From the NCBI GenBank assembly GCA_046485025.1, contig JAWOHU010000111.1, positions 1 to 24,648 on the forward strand: a stretch of DNA of 24,648 bases, written 5' to 3'. The notes below the pieces were generated by a model, which was given only the letters and a program-made list of their open reading frames with translations, made no database searches and was not told where the DNA came from. The DNA is from Candidatus Cloacimonadaceae bacterium. GTDB taxonomy: Bacteria > Cloacimonadota > Cloacimonadia > Cloacimonadales > Cloacimonadaceae. Both the position numbers and the translations under genes were made by a program. Below are positions 1 through 7,343 of this stretch, piece after piece. Each line of letters opens with the position of its first letter. The first letter of the stretch is position 1.

Positions 1-1
1 G

Positions 2-1306
2 GGCAAATATCTGACGGTGATTACCTTTGCTCTCATCAACGTGGCGGTGAATCTGTTCAGTTTGTATTTCTCGATGCGCAGTATCGCCGGTCAGAGCGGA
101 TTGCAACTGGCGGGAGTCAAGTTTCCGACCAGCGGTTTTCTAACGCTGTTTTTGGCGCTGATTCCGCTGGCAACTTTCTATGCCGCTATCCTGCTTTCAA
201 TTTCCACCTTCTCGCGCAATATGAAAGAAGCTCGCAGTTATGAGCAGCCGATACTGCTGGTTTCGATGCTGTTGGCAATGAGCAGTTTCTTTCCTGCCAT
301 CGAATTGAATAATGGTCTGGCGCTGATTCCCGTGATTAATATTTCGCTGCTCTTCAAGGCAGTGATGATGAACGATTATCAAATCTCGCACCTGTTGCTG
401 ACCATTGGCAGCACTCTGCTGCTGGATGTCGCCGCCATCATAATGACAGTCAAACTGTTTAATAATGAGGCAGTGCTGTTCCGCTCCGAAACTGATACCA
501 ATCTCAAACAGCTCAGGAAAAATAAGAAGCTCTTCTTCTCGCCTTTCTACGGTCTGATTTATTTTGTGCTGGCTCTGCTGGCTCTCTATTACCTGGGCGG
601 CAAATGGCAAATCAAGGAAATCACTTCCGGTCTGATAAAAACGCAAATTATTATCATACTGCTGCCGGTTTTTCTGATTCTCAGGATTGGCAAGTTCAAT
701 CTGAAAGAGACCTTAAGAATGAAAGCGACCAAAGCTGCGAACTTCCTGGTGGTGCCGTTCTTTGCTATATCCGCAGCAATTATCGCAGCTCTCATTGGGC
801 AGCTGATCAATATTATTTATCCCTTCCCGCCAGAATATCTGGAACAGATGATGGAACTTCTCAAGCTGCCCAATCTCAGTCTCTGGCAGGTGTTTGCCCT
901 GATAGCTCTGCTGCCGGGAATCTGTGAAGAGATAATGTTCAGGGGATTTCTGTATCGCTTTTTCGAAAACAAAAACAAGTGGTATGCCATCTGGGCAAGC
1001 GCCGCGCTGTTTGCTCTCTTTCATCTTGACCCTTACAGATTTATTCCGGTGCTGTTCCTGGGATTCCTGCTGGGCTGGCTTTTGTACAGGACAGACAGCA
1101 TTTATCCAAGTATACTTTCGCACGCTTTGAATAATGCCACTGCTCTGTTTTTTATGCATTTTTCCAGTCTGGGATTTATGAAAGTGCTGGTCAGTGACGG
1201 TGAGAATCTGCACTGGTGGCTGGCTGCTCCTGCTGTTCTGATATTGGCAGCCTGCTTCAGCCTGTTTAACAAAATCAATCGCAACGATGAAATTGTAGTC
1301 GGATAA
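2..1306 (+). CDS. NatB-like ABC permease fused to a CPBP (CAAX/Abi) intramembrane metalloprotease; 5'-truncated
   Basis: The frame is open from base 2 (GKYLTVITF...), so the real start lies upstream. Many hydrophobic helices. C-terminal CPBP motifs EEIMFRG, FALFH and HALNN. Confidence 0.85.
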   Translation, partial: GKYLTVITFALINVAVNLFSLYFSMRSIAGQSGLQLAGVKFPTSGFLTLFLALIPLATFYAAILLSISTFSRNMKEARSYEQPILLVSMLLAMSSFFPAIELNNGLALIPVINISLLFKAVMMNDYQISHLLLTIGSTLLLDVAAIIMTVKLFNNEAVLFRSETDTNLKQLRKNKKLFFSPFYGLIYFVLALLALYYLGGKWQIKEITSGLIKTQIIIILLPVFLILRIGKFNLKETLRMKATKAANFLVVPFFAISAAIIAALIGQLINIIYPFPPEYLEQMMELLKLPNLSLWQVFALIALLPGICEEIMFRGFLYRFFENKNKWYAIWASAALFALFHLDPYRFIPVLFLGFLLGWLLYRTDSIYPSILSHALNNATALFFMHFSSLGFMKVLVSDGENLHWWLAAPAVLILAACFSLFNKINRNDEIVVG

Positions 1307-1321
1307 AAAAGGAGTCAGACA

Positions 1322-3157
1322 ATGTGCGGAATAGTGGGATACGTCGGAAAACGCAATGCCCTGCCGATTGTCATAGAAGCTCTGAAACGTCTTGAATACA
1401 GGGGTTATGACAGTTCAGGCTGCGGCATTATTCATAACGGAGAACTCCTTGTCGTCAAAAAACAGGGCAAAATAATTGAACTGGAACGCTCTGTTCCTGA
1501 CCCGTCCCAATGCACCGGCACCATCGGAATTGCACATACCAGGTGGGCTACTCACGGAGAGCCGAATGAAGTGAATGCCCATCCTCACGTGGATTGCAAG
1601 AATCAGATTGCCGTCGTGCATAACGGCATCATCGAAAACTACAAACCGCTGCGTGATAAACTCATTGAGATGGGACACAGCTTTACCAGTCAGACCGACA
1701 CAGAAGTTATCGTGCATCTGATTGAGCAATTTGTAGCTGACGGTCATGACCTGGACACCTCTGTCAGAGAAGCGATGAAACTAGTGGTCGGCACCTACGG
1801 ATTAGTGGTCATTTCCTCGCTTGAACCGGATAAACTGATTGCTGTGCGTAAGGGAAGCCCCCTCATTCTGGGCATCGGAGACAATGAATATTTCATTACA
1901 TCAGATGTGGGAGCCACTTTCATTCACACCAAAAAAGTGATATACCTTCAGGATGATGAAATGTGCACGGTCACTGTGGACGGATTTGAGATAACGACTC
2001 TGGACAGGAAAAGCGTCAAACCTCAGATTTCAACTGTGGATTGGGATATCACCGCCATAGAGAAAGGCGACTTCAAACACTTTATGCTGAAGGAGATATT
2101 TGAGCAGCCCATTACCATTGAAAATGCGTTCAGAGGTAGAATAGACGAGCAAATAAGTTCCAGCCGCCTGGGCGGACTAAATCTCTCAGGCAGCGAACTC
2201 AGACGCATCAAAAATGTTCACCTCGTTGCGTGCGGAACTTCCTATCACTCAGGACTCATCGGCAAATACATAATTGAAGACCTGGCACGCATTCCGGTGC
2301 AGGTGGAATACGCTTCCGAATACCGCTACCGCAATCCTATCATTCCGGAAGAGACTCTGGTCTTTGTCATCAGCCAGTCAGGAGAAACTGCCGACACTTT
2401 GGCGGCGCTGAGAGAAGCTAAAGCCAAGGGTGCATTGGTGATGGGCATTACAAATGTGGTGGGCAGTTCAATAGCTCGCGAATCAGACGGCGGAAGCTAT
2501 ATCCACGCCGGCAGTGAAATCGGAGTCGCCTCCACCAAAGCTTTTACATCACAGGTTACCATCCTTGTCCTGTTGGCAATTTTCCTGGGCAGAATGAGAA
2601 ATCTCTCACCTCTGCAGGGCCTCGAATACACACGTGAACTGGAAGCCATTCCTGCTAAAGTAGAACAGATATTGTCTCATAATGATTTAATCCGGGACAT
2701 AGCAAAAAGTATAATGAAGACAAGCAATGCTCTCTATCTGGGCCGGGGCGTGAACTATCCCGTGGCTCTGGAAGGTGCGCTCAAGCTGAAAGAGATTTCC
2801 TATATCCACGCTGAAGGCTATCCCGCCGCTGAAATGAAACACGGAGCGATTGCTCTGATTGATGAGAACATGCCTGTTATCGTGATTGCTCCCAAAGACC
2901 CGCTCTATGAAAAGGTCTATTCCAACCTGCAGGAAGTCAGGGCACGCAGAGCCAGAATCATCACCATCGCCACTGAAGGCGATACACAACTGCAGGCAAT
3001 CTCAGAACACGTAATCTATGTCCCTGACACTCTGACCAATCTGCAGCCTCTGCTGACTGTGATTCCCCTGCAGCTTCTGGCTTATCACGTGGCGGATTTA
3101 AGAGGTCTGGATGTTGACCAGCCGCGTAATCTAGCTAAAAGCGTGACAGTGGAATAA
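1322..3157 (+). CDS. glmS: Glutamine--fructose-6-phosphate aminotransferase (isomerizing)
   Basis: N-terminal MCGIVG (catalytic Cys), LEYRGYDS, HTRWATHG, SQSGETADT, EGALKLKEISY and C-terminal PRNLAKSVTVE. SD GGAG upstream. Confidence 0.98.
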   Translation: MCGIVGYVGKRNALPIVIEALKRLEYRGYDSSGCGIIHNGELLVVKKQGKIIELERSVPDPSQCTGTIGIAHTRWATHGEPNEVNAHPHVDCKNQIAVVHNGIIENYKPLRDKLIEMGHSFTSQTDTEVIVHLIEQFVADGHDLDTSVREAMKLVVGTYGLVVISSLEPDKLIAVRKGSPLILGIGDNEYFITSDVGATFIHTKKVIYLQDDEMCTVTVDGFEITTLDRKSVKPQISTVDWDITAIEKGDFKHFMLKEIFEQPITIENAFRGRIDEQISSSRLGGLNLSGSELRRIKNVHLVACGTSYHSGLIGKYIIEDLARIPVQVEYASEYRYRNPIIPEETLVFVISQSGETADTLAALREAKAKGALVMGITNVVGSSIARESDGGSYIHAGSEIGVASTKAFTSQVTILVLLAIFLGRMRNLSPLQGLEYTRELEAIPAKVEQILSHNDLIRDIAKSIMKTSNALYLGRGVNYPVALEGALKLKEISYIHAEGYPAAEMKHGAIALIDENMPVIVIAPKDPLYEKVYSNLQEVRARRARIITIATEGDTQLQAISEHVIYVPDTLTNLQPLLTVIPLQLLAYHVADLRGLDVDQPRNLAKSVTVE

Positions 3158-3167
3158 GGTAAAACTA

Positions 3168-3629
3168 TTGCAGTACTACCTTGGTATCGACCCCGGACGC
3201 AAAGGCGGTTTTGCTTTGATAGACGAGTACAAGAACCTGATTTACATTGAGCCTATGCCTTTGCTGGAAAAAGGTTACAACTATCCACTGATGGTCAGTA
3301 TGATAGAAAAACTGCCTGACACTACTAACATCATACTCGAACTCAAACCCGGCGTCATGGAACAGTCTGCCAGTCCCACCACCAGCTTCGGATTTCACTG
3401 CGGAGCCCTCTATGGCATCTGTCTGAAACACAGACTGCAAATAGTATCTCCCAAATCCTGGAAAGCTGAATTTGACGTCAACCGCAATTACAAAGAGTCA
3501 CGTCAGGATATGAAATTGCGCTCTGTTCAGATGGCGGAAAAGCTGTTCAACCTTAAGTTCAAAAGCACGGAAGACGGTCTGGCGGAAGCTCTGCTCCTGG
3601 CAGAATACGGCAGAAGACATCACTTATGA
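3168..3629 (+). CDS. RuvC-like (phage/MOC1-type) Holliday-junction resolvase-like nuclease
   Basis: TTG start. YLGIDPG (Asp8), IILE (Glu58), SPKSWK and C-terminal DGLAEALLLAEYG form the RNase H-fold acidic set typical of phage-type RuvC. Confidence 0.75.
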   Translation: MQYYLGIDPGRKGGFALIDEYKNLIYIEPMPLLEKGYNYPLMVSMIEKLPDTTNIILELKPGVMEQSASPTTSFGFHCGALYGICLKHRLQIVSPKSWKAEFDVNRNYKESRQDMKLRSVQMAEKLFNLKFKSTEDGLAEALLLAEYGRRHHL

Positions 3630-4003
3630 CTTCGGATTTTAACATTAGCGTCATGGAATCTCTGGCAGAAACGCATCTGGTCTGTGACTCCTCATATCCT
3701 CTGATTACCAATACCACTCTGCAGGAAGAAGCTCTGCTCTATAACCTCGATGTATCTGCAGTGTCAGAACTGATAACAAAATTCAATACTCTGACCGGAA
3801 AACAGATTTCATCTGCTTATGACATCAACAATCTGTCAGGAGGACAGAAGGTCATTTTGATGATTCTGCTGGCTCTCCACTCTCCGGCAGAGAATATCGT
3901 TTTTACTAATCTGAAAGTATCGCTGGACAGCATAAGACTAAAGGATGTTATGACTTTAATAGAATCCTGCCAAGCTCAAAAACGAGAAATCCTGGTCAGG
4001 TGA
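3626..4003 (+). CDS. Partial ABC ATPase (helical subdomain, signature and D-loop only); probable ECF A-component fragment
   Basis: LSGGQ at aa 70-74 and SLD D-loop at aa 99-101 with canonical spacing. The Walker B DE position is TN, and there is no Walker A or H-loop. ATGA overlap with the previous gene. Confidence 0.65.
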   Translation: MTSDFNISVMESLAETHLVCDSSYPLITNTTLQEEALLYNLDVSAVSELITKFNTLTGKQISSAYDINNLSGGQKVILMILLALHSPAENIVFTNLKVSLDSIRLKDVMTLIESCQAQKREILVR

Positions 4004-4536
4004 TGATTGTGAATTGGGTTGTTCCTGCAGAGGTTTATCATATCTGGACTGACTTTAGTCTGGAAATAGACAGTGAACTTGTCTTTGCCATAGGCAAGTG
4101 CTACCATCTGACCGGACAAAACGGAGCAGGCAAAAGCAGTTTTATCAAGAAAGTGCTGATACCTCAATTATTAAAACAACAATCCTTACAATTCATTCTC
4201 TATCTGGAACAGCAGGTACAGAGCCAGCTCGATGCAGTCAAAGCCAATGCCGCTCTGCAGAAACCGGCTATGCATATCAACACGATTGATGAGATGTTTG
4301 ACTATCAGTTAAAGCAATTGTCCCGTCAGCTTGCTGCAGAACCCAGACCCGTTATCATCATATTGGATGAGACAATTCTCTCTGACCTCATCAATCAGTG
4401 GCTGAACAAAGTATCAGTGGAACAGGCCTGCCTGATTTATATCTCTCATCAGGATTTTGATTTCCCCAGTTTTAAGGAGGTAATTAAAATCAATTTAAAG
4501 CCAGTCTCAGTCAGCCTTTCAAGGATTGAGGTATGA
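4000..4536 (+). CDS. Short ABC ATPase lacking signature and D-loop; probable ECF A-component
   Basis: Walker A GQNGAGKS (aa 39-46), Q-loop ILYLEQ, Walker B IIILDE (D123-E124) and H-loop IYISH (H150). The signature position reads MFDYQ. GTGA overlap with the previous gene. Confidence 0.75.
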   Translation: MMIVNWVVPAEVYHIWTDFSLEIDSELVFAIGKCYHLTGQNGAGKSSFIKKVLIPQLLKQQSLQFILYLEQQVQSQLDAVKANAALQKPAMHINTIDEMFDYQLKQLSRQLAAEPRPVIIILDETILSDLINQWLNKVSVEQACLIYISHQDFDFPSFKEVIKINLKPVSVSLSRIEV

Positions 4537-5150
4537 ATCCTCTGCTGAAAATCATAACTCTGCTCATCATCCTGACGCTGTTTATCTGGATAGTGTCTTT
4601 CCGGCTGATGGAAAACCTGCCCTGGCAGTTTGCCTTTCTGCTGGTTCTGATTGCCTCGGGAATGCTCAGGTTCGGCCTCAGAAAGTGGTTTAATGAACTG
4701 AAACTGATTCTGCCTTTCATTCTTACCATGCTCATTGTCTATGTCCTGATTGGGCTGATTACTGCAAAAATGCGCTATTGGCTGATTTACGGCTTGCTCA
4801 GAAGTCTGAACTTTATCAACACCATGTTCTTTATACAGCTTACATTATCATACATTTCTATCAATGATATAATCGCTTTGCCCCTGAGTATCGATGCTAA
4901 AAAACACCTGATTCTGGGCAGAGCGCTGTTTAGCCATGCTCTATTGCAAATCGGCAACATCGAGTTTCACCTCAGACTGCTGCACGAATTCCAGAAGCCG
5001 AGACTCAGTTTGAGACTGTGGTTTGCTCTCAGGCTGCAGCAATCCTTTGCCATCATCATTATGCTGCTGCGTGAATCAAAACTGAAGGGCGAATTGATTG
5101 ACAACCGCATCCGGCATTGTTATATTATTAATAACAGAGAAAATCCTTAG
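4533..5150 (+). CDS. ECF transporter transmembrane T-component-like (EcfT/CbiQ-like) protein
   Basis: About four N-terminal TM helices, then amphipathic coupling-helix-like segments with Arg at the usual XRX positions (HLRL, DNRI). Sits between ABC ATPase genes and an S-component. Confidence 0.62.
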   Translation: MNPLLKIITLLIILTLFIWIVSFRLMENLPWQFAFLLVLIASGMLRFGLRKWFNELKLILPFILTMLIVYVLIGLITAKMRYWLIYGLLRSLNFINTMFFIQLTLSYISINDIIALPLSIDAKKHLILGRALFSHALLQIGNIEFHLRLLHEFQKPRLSLRLWFALRLQQSFAIIIMLLRESKLKGELIDNRIRHCYIINNRENP

Positions 5151-5160
5151 GGAGGATGAA

Positions 5161-5619
5161 ATGAAATGGTATTATCTGGTCGGCATCACTATTGCAGTGA
5201 TGGTCATCACCTTATTTATCAGGATACCTTTGCCGAGCAAGGGATACTTCAATTTCGGCGATGTAGCTGTGGTCTTTTCAGGTCTGTTCCTCGGTTTCAA
5301 GGGCGGAGCCATAGCCGGCGGAATTGGTTCTGCACTGGCAGACATTTTGGGCGGATTTCCGCTCTTTGCACCTCTAACTTTAATAGCCAAAGGTCTGGAA
5401 GGTCTGATCAGCGGTTTTGCCAAAGATAAGAAAGGCTTTACCTTCTATCTGTATCCTGCCTTGGGTGTCATCATCATGGTGGCAGTGTATTTTGTGGGAG
5501 AACTGCTGATGCCGCAAATCGGTATCGGCGGCGCTTTGGCAGAACTTCCCGCCAATCTGATTCAAGCCGGTGGCGGTTATGCCGGAGGCATTATCCTCAG
5601 TAAATTAATCAGGCTCTGA
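5161..5619 (+). CDS. ECF transporter substrate-specific S-component
   Basis: RIPLPSKGYFNFGD...GGIGSALADILGG...TLIAKGLEG pattern, typical of ECF S-components; about 152 aa, hydrophobic. Start set at ATG 5161 behind GGAGG (5151-5155) rather than at 5098. Confidence 0.85.
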   Translation: MKWYYLVGITIAVMVITLFIRIPLPSKGYFNFGDVAVVFSGLFLGFKGGAIAGGIGSALADILGGFPLFAPLTLIAKGLEGLISGFAKDKKGFTFYLYPALGVIIMVAVYFVGELLMPQIGIGGALAELPANLIQAGGGYAGGIILSKLIRL

Positions 5620-5629
5620 ACGAAATTTA

Positions 5630-5656
5630 TTGACAACAATATCCCATCCGGATTTT
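5630..5656 (+). promoter_or_regulatory. Putative sigma70-type promoter for hflX
   Basis: Perfect TTGACA at 5630-5635. The best -10-like hexamer is GATTTT after only 15 nt, so it is non-canonical. Confidence 0.4.
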
Positions 5657-5666
5657 GGTTTGAGCA

Positions 5667-5760
5667 GAGGTGAACGAACATGATGATTATGAACTCCTAA
5701 ATCCGTAATAACTGCAACTCGCACACTAAGAACAAATCCATCTGAACAAAGGAGTTTATA
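5667..5760 (+). promoter_or_regulatory. Candidate translational attenuator: uORF MMIMNS* (5680-5700) with an anti-SD for hflX
   Basis: SD GAGGTG at 5667-5672 precedes ATG 5680; stop TAA at 5698-5700. TATGAACTCCT (5688-5698) pairs 11 bp (one G-U) with AGGAGTTTATA (5750-5760), which is the hflX SD plus the A of its start codon. Confidence 0.5.
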
Positions 5761-7088
5761 TGTATCACGACGATTTTGACCAATTTGACGAACTGGAAAT
5801 AGAATCACAATCCGAAGAGTGGGAAGAGCTTGCTCCGTCTGATGATTCCGCTTTCCTGGCGGCTTTGGGCAGGCAGGCAGACAAACCGGAAGAGATAGAA
5901 GCCTCGCTTGCCGAACTGGAACGCCTGGCTTACACAGCCGGAATATCTGTTCTGGGCAAGTATTATCAACGCCGCAATAAACCTGAGAAAGGAACCCTCT
6001 TCGGTAAAGGCTGGCTGCAGGAAACCGCTCAAACCATGAAACAGGCAGGAGCCGGACTGCTAATTGTCAATGAAGAGCTCTCCCCCATGCAGGGACGCAA
6101 TATTGAGCAGGATTTTGACATTAATGTTATCGACCGTACTGAAGTCATCCTCACCATCTTTCACAATCATGCCCGTTCCCGTGAAGCCAGGCTGCAGGTC
6201 AGACTGGCGGAACTGGAATATCAGCTTCCCCGACTGCGCAAGCTTTGGGGTCATTTTGACAAGGAACGCGGCAGTATGCGTGCCGCCGGCGGTTCTGCCT
6301 CACGCGGCATGGGTGAAAAGCAGATTGAAATTGACCGCCGCATCATCAAGCGTGACATTGCCAAAATCAAACGCATCATCAATGAGATTGTAAAGCAAAA
6401 ACTGACTCAGCGCAAACAGCGTGAAAAGGTGAAAAAGATCTGCCTGGTCGGCTACACAAATGCCGGAAAGTCCACTCTGTTCAATGCTCTGACCGACGCC
6501 GGTGTCCTGGTTGAGGACAAACTCTTTGCCACTCTGGATTCCACCACCCGTCAACTCAAAATGGAAATTGGCGGCAATGTGGTCATTTCTGATACCGTCG
6601 GTTTTATTTCCAACCTGCCGCATCATCTGGTGGCTTCGTTTAAAGCTACTCTGATGGAAGTGGAGGATGCGGATTTGCTGCTGCATATGATTGACAGTTC
6701 GGATGACAGGTATGAGGAATACATCCGGCAGGTGGATAACGTCCTGACTGAAATTGAAGCTCAGCACATCCCTCAACTGCTGGTCTTTAATAAAATTGAC
6801 CGCATCGGCGAAAACCTGCTGTCCTTACTGAAAAAGAAATATCCCGAAGCTGTGTTTATCTCAGCGCTGAATCAGACCCATCTGGATGAGCTTAAAAAGC
6901 GGATTGATGCTATTGTCTTCAAAGCTTTTTCCTGTAAACTGGTCATTCCCTATTCCGAAACCAGGCTGGTCTCCAAACTGCACGAAACAGCTCAAATCAT
7001 CTCTGAAGAATATACAGACCAGGGCATTAATCTGGAAGTCATTCTGAACGGCGAGGACAAATACATATTTGAAGAATTCATTGTCTAA
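5760..7088 (+). CDS. hflX: Ribosome-splitting GTPase HflX
   Basis: DRTEVILTIF, LAELEYQLPRL, GEKQIEIDRR, G1 VGYTNAGKST, LFATLD, DTVGF and NKID. SD AGGAG. Confidence 0.97.
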   Translation: MYHDDFDQFDELEIESQSEEWEELAPSDDSAFLAALGRQADKPEEIEASLAELERLAYTAGISVLGKYYQRRNKPEKGTLFGKGWLQETAQTMKQAGAGLLIVNEELSPMQGRNIEQDFDINVIDRTEVILTIFHNHARSREARLQVRLAELEYQLPRLRKLWGHFDKERGSMRAAGGSASRGMGEKQIEIDRRIIKRDIAKIKRIINEIVKQKLTQRKQREKVKKICLVGYTNAGKSTLFNALTDAGVLVEDKLFATLDSTTRQLKMEIGGNVVISDTVGFISNLPHHLVASFKATLMEVEDADLLLHMIDSSDDRYEEYIRQVDNVLTEIEAQHIPQLLVFNKIDRIGENLLSLLKKKYPEAVFISALNQTHLDELKKRIDAIVFKAFSCKLVIPYSETRLVSKLHETAQIISEEYTDQGINLEVILNGEDKYIFEEFIV

Positions 7089-7118
7089 TTAGTAAATAAT
7101 ATGATCTTGTGTTGCCTT

Positions 7119-7245
7119 TTCCGCTCATATTGCAATCAAGTGAAGCACAGGCTGACATCAGCGGGAGATCAGCGGGTTTTATTGCTCAATCACCCGCTGA
7201 AAACAGCTTTTGCTCTGACTATTTGTATCAGGCGGGATACAAGTA
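7119..7245. repeat. Cluster of TCAGCGGG-based direct and inverted repeats with hairpins
   Basis: TCAGCGGG at 7158 and 7169. TCAGCGGGT (7169-7177) pairs with ACCCGCTGA (7192-7200). Second hairpin TTGTATC/GATACAA at 7223-7242. Related TCCGCTCA near 7119. Confidence 0.5.
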
Positions 7246-7294
7246 AAACATCTATTGATAAGAGACAGGAAAAAATAATACAGAAGTTATGGAC

Positions 7295-7328
7295 AAAAAA
7301 AGGCACAGCTAGAATAAGCTGTGCCCTT
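7295..7328 (-). terminator. Intrinsic terminator of the leftward operon
   Basis: 9-bp perfect stem GGCACAGCT/AGCTGTGCC (7302-7310/7317-7325) with a 6-nt loop, followed on the minus strand by 7 U, just after the stop at 7344. Confidence 0.85.
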
Positions 7329-7343
7329 GGTGGTAACCTGATA

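Noticed and set aside
1307-1321. glmS ribozyme
   Set aside because: Only 15 bp separate glmS from the upstream gene, so there is no room for it.
3626-4536. A single ABC ATPase broken by a frameshift
   Set aside because: The motif order (signature before Walker A) is incompatible with one domain, and both ORFs have start/stop overlaps typical of translational coupling.
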